Of a stretch of DNA of 64,000 nt, positions 33,169-41,299 are shown piece after piece; the stretch's first letter is position 1, and every line of letters starts with the position of its first letter. Source of the DNA: Promethearchaeota archaeon (GTDB lineage: Archaea > Asgardarchaeota > Lokiarchaeia > Sigyniarchaeales > SOKP01); assembly GCA_030599585.1 (NCBI GenBank), contig JAUVNS010000006.1, forward strand, positions 236,430-300,429, given 5' to 3'. Below the pieces are notes generated by a model. The model was given only the letters and a program-made list of their open reading frames with translations. It did no database searches and had not been told where the DNA came from. The position numbers and the translations under genes are program-made.

Positions 33169-33618
33169 ATGAATAAATCAATAGATTTTGGTAAATCAAT
33201 GGATATCATCTTCATTATTTCTTCTATTGTTTTCAACATCTTAGTAAGCTTTTTATATATTGCGACCAAATTTGGCAACATGGAACTCGTGCGGGTCATT
33301 GGTATTATTGTCCTTTTTCTAATAATTCCGTTCACTATCACCTTGATAGGATATATTAAAGAAAAGGACGAAAGAAAGGTTATAATATCTTTAGTAGTCA
33401 TTCTATTCTATTTCTTTTTGGAAATATTATTAGACTACATCCTCATGATTCCATTCAGAGATATACTAGCACTTCATATCCCCTACATTATAGTATTTTA
33501 CGCTGCTGACTTCAGCATGATAGGCGTGACTTTCGATAAAAACAAGAAAATGGGATTTGTGGTCCTGGTGGCATTCTTTATATTGCTAGGGTGCTTGATT
33601 TATAGGTATGTGGGCTAA
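33169..33618 (+). CDS. Small multi-pass membrane protein
   Basis: About 5 hydrophobic helices; AGGAG ribosome-binding site. Confidence 0.7.
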   Translation: MNKSIDFGKSMDIIFIISSIVFNILVSFLYIATKFGNMELVRVIGIIVLFLIIPFTITLIGYIKEKDERKVIISLVVILFYFFLEILLDYILMIPFRDILALHIPYIIVFYAADFSMIGVTFDKNKKMGFVVLVAFFILLGCLIYRYVG

Positions 33619-33997
33619 ATTCTCTGAAAAGTAAGATGAGTTTTTCACTTTAAAAGAATTAACTGCAGATCTCTTTTATCTGTAATTCACAAACCGATTT
33701 TATTTCAATTTAGTAAAGAATCTAACTATTTGGAAATGAATTTTCATAACATCTAACCGGAAAATCATTATGTAATGCCGCAACGCATCAATTGCAGTAG
33801 CTACACGTCGATCTATCCGTTCTCCCTTTTTTAATCTGCTTTACGACAAGTGGCTCTCTAATGATAATATTAAAACGACAATCTTAACCAAATTTAGTGA
33901 TCAATTAAATAAAAATTCCATCAATAAAAGGAATTTAATTTTTTATGATTTTAAAGATTCCAAACAAACCTCTCAATTTGGAGATATTCCTTAAAAC

Positions 33998-34525
33998 CTA
34001 TTCTTTTTTAATATCAATTATAGGAACAATTCCATGGCTAAGGCAATAATACCCGGGACAGCGTTTTTTTGCAATTTTATTAATTTCAAGTAGTTTTTCC
34101 ATAGGAGCGTCACTTTCGACAAATAATTCCATCCGTAAATCATTAATAGGAGGATTATCGGAAAGACCTAAAGCTGCGGATATATCCATGGTAGCAGTGC
34201 CTCTGATTTTAAAACTATTTAGCTGGATTCCTTCCATAGTTGCCCATTTAACAAAAGTAGCAGCATAACATGACAATAATCCACCAATGCAATATTGAAC
34301 AGGATTAGGTGCAGTTCCTCCGCCGCCTAAGATGATTGTTTCATCTGATTGAACAAGAATCTCTCCTGCCGTCTCAGTTTTAAATTTTGTCTCAAATTGG
34401 GGGCCTGTTTGTTCATCTAATCTCCAAGTGCCTTCGATCTCTAATTTTTTGATGCTAGTAGAGGGATTCTTTTTAACATTTTCAATTGTCTCTTTAAACA
34501 CATCAACATTTATTCTATTAATCAT
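33998..34525 (-). CDS. OsmC/Ohr family protein, copy 2
   Basis: Near-identical to copy 1; retains KKRCP. Confidence 0.88.
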   Translation of the reverse strand: MINRINVDVFKETIENVKKNPSTSIKKLEIEGTWRLDEQTGPQFETKFKTETAGEILVQSDETIILGGGGTAPNPVQYCIGGLLSCYAATFVKWATMEGIQLNSFKIRGTATMDISAALGLSDNPPINDLRMELFVESDAPMEKLLEINKIAKKRCPGYYCLSHGIVPIIDIKKE

Positions 34526-34812
34526 GTGTCAATCACATATTATCTCCATTATTATTCTGACTTTTATAATATATAAGTGAGCGAGAATATTTAATTCTAA
34601 AAAGGAGAAATGTTTAGATATAAAACTCTTTTATCTAAAACGGTTATATTTTGAAACTATTAAATTTATTTAAATAATGGACTGATTTGTTGTTCTCCTT
34701 GACTGCAAAAAAATCGTTTTTTGGATTTATTGGGTGTTTTGGTTTATTATATTATCAAACGAAGAAAAAATAAGGAAAAGTAATTTGTTAATAGAATTTG
34801 ATACTCTATTTT

Positions 34813-35622
34813 TTACTTCAGAAATTTAAGTATTACTTCGTTAAACTTATCAGGTTCCTCGGTGTGAATCATATGAGCATTTGAGTCGAAGTGAACGATT
34901 TCGGCATTTGGTATTTTTGCAGCTAATAAATCACCATTGCTAGGTGGAACGAGAATATCTTGTTTACCATGTATTATTAAAGTAGGTATATTCATCTCTT
35001 TTAATTTCCTATATGAGTTATATCGCATCCAAGAACCCATTTGGGCTTTAAAGGTGGTTGGCCCTGTAGGAATAATCAGAATATCGTCAATTTTTTTTTC
35101 CATAAATTCAGGATCTTCATCCATGAACTTCTTAGTAAATATATGGGGCATAGCCTCTTCTACTAATTTTCTTGTATGCCCTTTAAATGATAACTTAGTT
35201 AAAAATTTCTGTGTTTCCATTGAAGGCATTTCTGCCTTCGATCCTCCGCAACTAGTTGAACAAAGAACAAGCTTTTTAACTCGCTCGGGAAATTTAAGAG
35301 CTAATTCTTGTGCGATCATTCCTCCCATTGAATGACCAAGGATATGAGCTTGATTTATATCTAAAGCATCCATCAATCCTAATGCATCAGCAGCCATGCT
35401 TTCTATTGAGAGATCTCCAACTAGATCATCACTCCTTCCAACACCTCTATTATCAAAAATAGCCGTCTTTAAATGTTTTGAGAAGCCATCTATCACAGGG
35501 GTATCCCACCAATACACATTTTCAGATAAGCCCTGAATCATTAAGAGAGGAAAACCATCTCCATGAATCTCGTAATAAAGATTCACACCATCTACATTAA
35601 CTTTTGGCATATTTAAATCCAC
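34813..35622 (-). CDS. Alpha/beta hydrolase
   Basis: DNRGVGRS, GHSMGG and HGKQD motifs, catalytic His. Confidence 0.9.
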   Translation of the reverse strand: MDLNMPKVNVDGVNLYYEIHGDGFPLLMIQGLSENVYWWDTPVIDGFSKHLKTAIFDNRGVGRSDDLVGDLSIESMAADALGLMDALDINQAHILGHSMGGMIAQELALKFPERVKKLVLCSTSCGGSKAEMPSMETQKFLTKLSFKGHTRKLVEEAMPHIFTKKFMDEDPEFMEKKIDDILIIPTGPTTFKAQMGSWMRYNSYRKLKEMNIPTLIIHGKQDILVPPSNGDLLAAKIPNAEIVHFDSNAHMIHTEEPDKFNEVILKFLK

Positions 35623-35921
35623 TCAAATTTATTGTTATTCATAAATTAAATTTCTTGTTGATGAAAAACTAGTTCGGATACCTATTTATAAGTTGACATT
35701 TATGTGAATTCAAAGAAAAATCTTTTAAATGATGTTTGGAATAATTCTTGCTGCTTCAGTTTCCCTCGTGATATTGATTTTAATTTCGTAGATTTAGGCG
35801 AGAATTGCAGCAACGACAGCAGCATTATTCTCCAAGTATTTAATACACTTTAATATTAGATTCAACTTATTCTAAAACAGAGAAAGTAAATTAAAATATC
35901 CAATTTAACTTATGATCGTAT

Positions 35922-36245
35922 ATGGAAATAATTGCAATGGGAGAGTTACGCGAGTTTTTTACGATAAATCTGCCCAAATTCGAGGATCCCGTCATTTTTA
36001 TTAGTTCTGAATTTATTCCTGGATGTCCTAAGTGCAATAGTAGTACAAGCGTATATTATCTCCAACTTACTGAAAGAAATTTGATTCCAAGTGAAGGAAA
36101 TTTGGAAAAAGCCGTAGAACACAAGTTTCCAATCGATATCTATGTCCAATATCAAGTTCTAAAAGGAAAACCCAAGCAATTTGTCATAGGCACGAAAAAG
36201 TCAAATGGAAACCTTGAGATGGTCCTTCTACGAATTATAAATTAA
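35922..36245 (+). CDS. Hypothetical protein (CPKC motif)
   Basis: 107-aa ORF with normal composition. Confidence 0.55.
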   Translation: MEIIAMGELREFFTINLPKFEDPVIFISSEFIPGCPKCNSSTSVYYLQLTERNLIPSEGNLEKAVEHKFPIDIYVQYQVLKGKPKQFVIGTKKSNGNLEMVLLRIIN

Positions 36246-36416
36246 GAATTTTGAAATTATTTTTCCAATTTCACATTTAAAACTCCGACACAACCTCCGA
36301 AAGGCATGAGTATAGTGCTTTTCTAAGATTTGTAATTATGACATTTATGGCAAGAGTTAAATATAGAAATTATTAATTGTATATTGGCTCTATTTTTTTT
36401 ATAAGAGGTGAGCTTC

Positions 36417-36584
36417 GTGAGAGTTAAATTATGTTTTAAATGTAAACAATACATCGCTATCCGTGAGAATGATTTTAATAACACTAGAGACTTACAATTG
36501 TTTGATAAAGCTCATGCTGGTCATCCCACTCAGATTGTAAACGAAGAAGAAGTCGCTAATTATGAAATGTGGATTGGAAGTTAA
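36417..36584 (+). CDS. Unannotated 55-aa CxxC...HxxH zinc-binding microprotein
   Basis: GAGGTGA SD before GTG; translation MRVKLCFKCKQYIAIRENDFNNTRDLQLFDKAHAGHPTQIVNEEEVANYEMWIGS; followed by a T-rich tract. Confidence 0.75.
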   Translation: MRVKLCFKCKQYIAIRENDFNNTRDLQLFDKAHAGHPTQIVNEEEVANYEMWIGS

Positions 36585-36674
36585 GTAAAAATAATTTTCT
36601 TTTTTTCAATTAAATTTATTAATATACATTCAATAAAAGAGTGTATATTGTATCTACTTCTTAATGTTGGTTAA

Positions 36675-37868
36675 TTGAACATGACAAATCAAAAATTACC
36701 CGAAATTGATATGCTTCGCATTATATCGATTCTAATCGTTGTATTTTTAATTCATATTCCACTTAGCTATGCTTATTATTTCTACCTTGACTTAGATCAA
36801 TTTAGCGTGTTTTTAGTTAATAATGTTGGAATATATGTCTCCATGGGCTCTTTCGCGTTTGTCTCTGGATTCGGTCTATATTTAAGTCCCAACAATAGAA
36901 GGATTAATTCAGTCAAGAAATTAACTACTTTCCTAAAGAAGAGATTTATAAGAGTATTTCCACTCTATTGGATTGCGATTATTTTATTTCTTTTTTTTGT
37001 AGGATATTCGACCATTAACCCGCTTTATTTACTGTTCCATTTTTTAGGAATGCAAATCATAGTTGCTCCCAATTTTGGACCTCCAATGCTAACCATATGG
37101 TTTATAGGCATAATTGTGATATACTACCTGATTTATGTTGTCCTAAATTCATTAGGTTCAATCAAACGAATCATTCCGGCATCTGTCGCCATTCTATTCT
37201 TATTTGTGTTTCTTAAAGGCTTTTTTGGGCTGGTTGAATATCGATTTTTCTTATACTATTTTATATTCATTGCAGGCATAGTTGCTGCTCATATCTACAC
37301 CTCCCCCCTTTACAATCGATTTAAAGAACGTTTGAGAGAAGTACCTCGAGTAGTCTTACTCCTCGTTCCATTATGTACTGCCATTTTAGGTTTAATAACA
37401 TTTCAATTTTTAACTCAGTTTACCTATTCTACTTTCGTTTCGGAATACGGAAATTATAACCTATACTTAATATTAGAAACAAATCCTGATTTTTTTCAAT
37501 TAGCAGGGATAATATTTTTGATAAACCTAATAATAATAGCATTCATAATTTTTGCAATTTCATCGCTCAATTTTATATTTCGCACCTTTAGATTGATTTT
37601 CTCTAAAAGAAAAATTGAATCGATAGTTTCAGTAATCGCTTATTCCACTTTCGGCGTATATCTCTTTCACAGAGTCTTTCTTGGTATCTTTACCTTCTTA
37701 ATGACCAATGAATTAAATATAGACATGCGTGAACTGGACAACTACTACTTAGTCTTAATTTTTGTCCCGTTTATATTTCTATTCTCATACTTAATTCAAA
37801 AGGCTTTTGATTGGGTTTGGAAGAGAGCTTCTAAGCACAATGCTAATAATGATCTTCAAACCGTGTAG
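36675..37868 (+). CDS. Acyltransferase-3 family membrane protein
   Basis: IDMLR...H, F..SGFGL, KKRFIRVFPLY and YLFH motifs. Confidence 0.88.
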   Translation: MNMTNQKLPEIDMLRIISILIVVFLIHIPLSYAYYFYLDLDQFSVFLVNNVGIYVSMGSFAFVSGFGLYLSPNNRRINSVKKLTTFLKKRFIRVFPLYWIAIILFLFFVGYSTINPLYLLFHFLGMQIIVAPNFGPPMLTIWFIGIIVIYYLIYVVLNSLGSIKRIIPASVAILFLFVFLKGFFGLVEYRFFLYYFIFIAGIVAAHIYTSPLYNRFKERLREVPRVVLLLVPLCTAILGLITFQFLTQFTYSTFVSEYGNYNLYLILETNPDFFQLAGIIFLINLIIIAFIIFAISSLNFIFRTFRLIFSKRKIESIVSVIAYSTFGVYLFHRVFLGIFTFLMTNELNIDMRELDNYYLVLIFVPFIFLFSYLIQKAFDWVWKRASKHNANNDLQTV

Positions 37869-37942
37869 TTTTAAGTATAGAATAAAAATTTTAATAAAAG
37901 AAATTTGTCCTTCTACGGATGAACCTTCGATTTCTAATTGAT

Positions 37943-38455
37943 TTAATCGACTAAACTTTGAATGGTTAGAGAACAATATCTGACAAAATGAGTAGTCTCT
38001 GCAGAATAGACCATTACGCTTATATTGTGAGTGCCTGAGGAAAAACTTGGGGCGAAATGTTGTAACGCTACTGAATAATAATCGATAGTTGAACTTCCTT
38101 CGTAAGGTCCAACATCCACCTGAGGCTCTAGTAACCGAATCCCATCAACACTAAAGAAGAATGAAATACCTGCATATTCTGTAGGTTCAGGATAAATCAC
38201 CGCACTACACATGAATATAATATGAATTGAAGCCGTAGTTGCTAAGTCAAAAGCTATAGACATGTTCGGAATGTGTAAATATGCAAATGCTGGATTCACT
38301 GTAAAAGAATCTCCGTCGTATTGAGACCAGATATCCTGTGCAGCCAAGCTTGCTTGCATACTATTCTGCGAATTCCACGCCATGAATCCAAACCCTAATC
38401 CTCCGGCACCTAAGAGTATCCCTATTATCCCTAATATACTGCCACCTTTTCCCAT
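37943..38455 (-). CDS. Membrane-anchored beta-rich hypothetical protein
   Basis: N-terminal Gly-rich TM helix followed by a beta-sandwich-like region. Confidence 0.65.
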   Translation of the reverse strand: MGKGGSILGIIGILLGAGGLGFGFMAWNSQNSMQASLAAQDIWSQYDGDSFTVNPAFAYLHIPNMSIAFDLATTASIHIIFMCSAVIYPEPTEYAGISFFFSVDGIRLLEPQVDVGPYEGSSTIDYYSVALQHFAPSFSSGTHNISVMVYSAETTHFVRYCSLTIQSLVD

Positions 38456-38634
38456 TGTCTATTACCACTTATTTTTTTTATTTTAAGTTGAAGTAAAGAA
38501 CAAATTCTTTTGCCCATAAATAAATCTTATGATAATGGTTCAATACCAAGGAAACTTATATCTTGTAGGAAAACTTATTGTAACTTAATTAGATACACCT
38601 TAGTTTATAGCTATTAGAATTACTGTAAGAAATA

Positions 38635-39147
38635 TTGAAAGAAATAGCTGAAGATGATTTGGGAGGATATAAGCAATTGAATAAAATCGAGCTAACTTAT
38701 TTAACCTGGGATGACATCGAAGATTACTGTAAAAAATTAGCCAATTTGATCAATAATTCTGACTTTAAACCCGAAATTATTGTAGGAATTCAAAGAGGTG
38801 GCAGCATAACTGCAGTTTTCCTCTCTCACTTATTGAATACCGAGAATCTCTGTACAATTGGGATTCGAACTACAAAAACAGATGATATTCGCTCTCAACG
38901 AATTAAACCAATTGTATACGATTCTTTTTCATTACAACTCATATCCGGAAAAATAGTTTTGCTTACAGATGACATTACCGACACGGGAGTAACTTTAATT
39001 GAAGCTAAAAAAGAGTTATTAAAGTATGGTTGTAAAGAGGTTAAATCTGCTACAATGATATGCGCTCCGGCAAGTAATGGTAAAGTAGATTTTTACGCTA
39101 AAGAAGTTAAACCATGGGTTGTCTTTCCATGGGAAATAAAAATTTAG
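38635..39147 (+). CDS. Type I phosphoribosyltransferase (purine PRTase-like)
   Basis: GIQRGG, VLLTDDITDTGVT PRPP loop, WVVFPWE. Confidence 0.9.
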   Translation: MKEIAEDDLGGYKQLNKIELTYLTWDDIEDYCKKLANLINNSDFKPEIIVGIQRGGSITAVFLSHLLNTENLCTIGIRTTKTDDIRSQRIKPIVYDSFSLQLISGKIVLLTDDITDTGVTLIEAKKELLKYGCKEVKSATMICAPASNGKVDFYAKEVKPWVVFPWEIKI

Positions 39148-39204
39148 AATGAAAAAGCAAAGACCATGAAATTACCGAAGTTAGTTCAGAAAGTTTTTTA
39201 AATA

Positions 39205-40314
39205 TTAATTGAATGATACTATTTGATTTTCTCTTGACGAATGATATGCAGATTCTATGATTTCGTGAACACGATATCCGATATCTAAACCAGGATAAGG
39301 TTCTATTTCTTTGATTATCGATTCCATAAAACTAAGACTTTCAAATAGATACGGTCCAGTATTTAAAGCCATTTTAGGATAATTCTTATGCTTTCGATAT
39401 TCTTCTGTAATCCCTTCTAAATTAAGTCTCTTCTTCTTTCGACCGATTAAATACTCTAACTTTCTAAAGAACGGTGTTATATAATTCTCCAAATTTATAT
39501 ATCCATTCTCTAAGAAAATCTCTACGCGTCTCTCATCCATTTTTGCTTTATTCCAAATACTTGTTAAATTCCCTACAAATCCGTCTTCATATTCAAAGTT
39601 TAATGTGGCTACATCTTCAAGCTTTCCTTGGGTCAAAGGGGAGACGTAGCGAATTTTAGCGAATAATTTCGAAAGAGGTGCCTGATCACCAAATAGATAC
39701 TCAAGCACGTCAACATCGTGGATGCTATGTTCAAATAAACTCCCTCCATAAGCTAAGGAAGGATCTTTTCTCCAATCAGATTGGTGTAAACCAGTGCCAA
39801 TAGGCCAATTTTGAGTATCTCTGAATGTAAATGATAATCTCTTTCCAAACGCTTCTGCATTTTCTTTTATAATTTGTTTCATTTTCCAGACTACTGGACA
39901 ATGCCGGAGTACTAATCCTACCTGTGTAGAGATTCCATACTTTCTCTCTGCTAAAATTAACTCTTTGATATCTTCTAAAGAAAAGGCAAGTGGCTTCTCG
40001 CAAAAGATATTTTTACCTTTTTCCGCAAGTTTTAAGTAATACTCTTTATGGAATTTAGTCGGAGTTGCGATGTAAACTACATCGATAGCTTTATCCTTAA
40101 CAATGTCATCAGGATTCGTCGTAAAATAGTCAATGACCTTAACATTCTTCAATTTTAGCCTATTCAATTTCTCTTCGTCTGGATCGGCTACTCCCCGAAT
40201 TTTTATATGGACATCAGTATCAGAAAGGAGCCTTTCTTCTTCGATTTTTTTTAATGAAAATAAGTGTGTCTGTCCCATTAGTCCCGTTCCTATTATCCCT
40301 ACATTTATATTCAA
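39205..40314 (-). CDS. Gfo/Idh/MocA oxidoreductase
   Basis: GIIGTGLMG, CEKP and GG...EH.IHD.D motifs. Confidence 0.9.
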   Translation of the reverse strand: MNINVGIIGTGLMGQTHLFSLKKIEEERLLSDTDVHIKIRGVADPDEEKLNRLKLKNVKVIDYFTTNPDDIVKDKAIDVVYIATPTKFHKEYYLKLAEKGKNIFCEKPLAFSLEDIKELILAERKYGISTQVGLVLRHCPVVWKMKQIIKENAEAFGKRLSFTFRDTQNWPIGTGLHQSDWRKDPSLAYGGSLFEHSIHDVDVLEYLFGDQAPLSKLFAKIRYVSPLTQGKLEDVATLNFEYEDGFVGNLTSIWNKAKMDERRVEIFLENGYINLENYITPFFRKLEYLIGRKKKRLNLEGITEEYRKHKNYPKMALNTGPYLFESLSFMESIIKEIEPYPGLDIGYRVHEIIESAYHSSRENQIVSFN

Positions 40315-40469
40315 CTTAAACCATCCTTCTCTCTTTAGGAATTTAATTTACTAAAAGTAAAGAGCAATTTTTTATAAACATTTCAAAAATCTTGTTGATT
40401 TTTGACATTTGAGTTTTTTTTTATTATCTCGTGAAATCACTGAGATAAATCCTATTTTTATCATAGACA

Positions 40470-40508
40470 CAAAGAAAATAAAAAAAAATAAGAAAATAAA
40501 AAAAAATC
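40470..40508 (-). terminator. U-rich terminator after the ncRNA array
   Basis: Plus strand has AAGAAAATAAAAAAAAAT twice, giving long T tracts on the minus strand directly after unit 1. Confidence 0.5.
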
Positions 40509-40721
40509 ATATCCCTGCTAACAATTCTCACATTTGGTTGCGACACTTCAGCGAAGGGTAGCGCCAGACTAGAAATACCTTTTAGGTCATTCACCGAAGG
40601 TTCCATGTCAAATGGGCTAAAATGTATCAGCGAACCGAAGTGAGTTGCGCGCAAACTGGTGATGTATGATAAGCAATTCTTCAACCACGGCGCAACACCG
40701 TAGCATTAAAGCCAAGGATAT
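40509..40721 (-). ncRNA. Retron-like msr-msd ncRNA, array unit 1 (most distal from RT)
   Basis: Terminal IR ATATCCCTG (40509-17) / CAAGGATAT (40713-21); candidate branch G at 40712; hairpin 40687-40701; long hairpin 40575-40627 with loop CCGAAGGTTCCAT; homologous to units 2 and 3. Confidence 0.75.
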
Positions 40722-40811
40722 TTTTATTGATTACTGATATTGAACGCCTTTACTTATGAATTTATTTATTTTTTTTTTTATATTCCAATCGCAATTAGAA
40801 AAATAGTCGTG

Positions 40812-40997
40812 ATCCCTGCTAACAATTCAAACATTTGGTTGTGACACTTCAGCAGAACGTAGTTAGTGGTACATTGAACCGAAGGATACATGTTTAAGGT
40901 ACCACTACCGTAGTGACGCGAATAGCGCGCAACCTGGTGGTGTATGATGGGCAAAATCTCAACTGTGGCGCAACACCACAGCATTAAAGCCAAGGAT
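40812..40997 (-). ncRNA. Retron-like msr-msd ncRNA, array unit 2
   Basis: Terminal IR ATCCCTG / CAAGGAT; candidate branch G at 40990; hairpin CTGTGG..CCACAG 40963-81; long hairpin TAGTGGTAC..GTACCACTA 40864-40907 with loop CCGAAGGATACAT. Confidence 0.78.
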
Positions 40998-41051
40998 TCT
41001 AACTTTAAAATTTTCTTCTTTATTGCCATAAATATTTTAGCGATTATAACC

Positions 41052-41237
41052 TCTCTGCTAACAATTCTCACATTGGGTTGTGACACTTCAGCAAAGTGGA
41101 GAACATGTGCTTCTTAACCGAAGGATACATATAACGAAGCACATGTACATGAAGCGGCGCGAATTGCGCACAACCTGGTGTCGTATGATTAGTAATTCCT
41201 CAACTACGGCGCAACGCCGGAGCATGAAAGCCAGAGA
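41052..41237 (-). ncRNA. Retron-like msr-msd ncRNA, array unit 3 (62 nt after the RT stop)
   Basis: Terminal IR TCTCTG / CAGAGA; candidate branch G at 41231; hairpin CGGCG-CAA-CGCCG 41207-19; perfect 11-bp stem ACATGTGCTTC / GAAGCACATGT 41103-41146 with loop CCGAAGGATACAT. Confidence 0.78.
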
Positions 41238-41299
41238 CTATTATAATCCTAAAAAATTTTTAGTATAAATCACCTCTAATCTTAGTATTTTAACTGAGT

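Noticed and set aside
40509-41237. CRISPR array, tRNA cluster or MITEs as the explanation of the repeats
   Set aside because: Units are ~190 nt with several conserved blocks; there are no cas genes, no cloverleaf or T-loop, and no target-site duplications or transposase.
40424-41268. ORFs 40424-40684, 40778-41086 and 41080-41268 sharing 'SQPNVRIVSR'
   Set aside because: The shared peptide is a by-product of the nucleotide repeat. Frames and strands are inconsistent between units, and substitutions preserve base pairing rather than codons.
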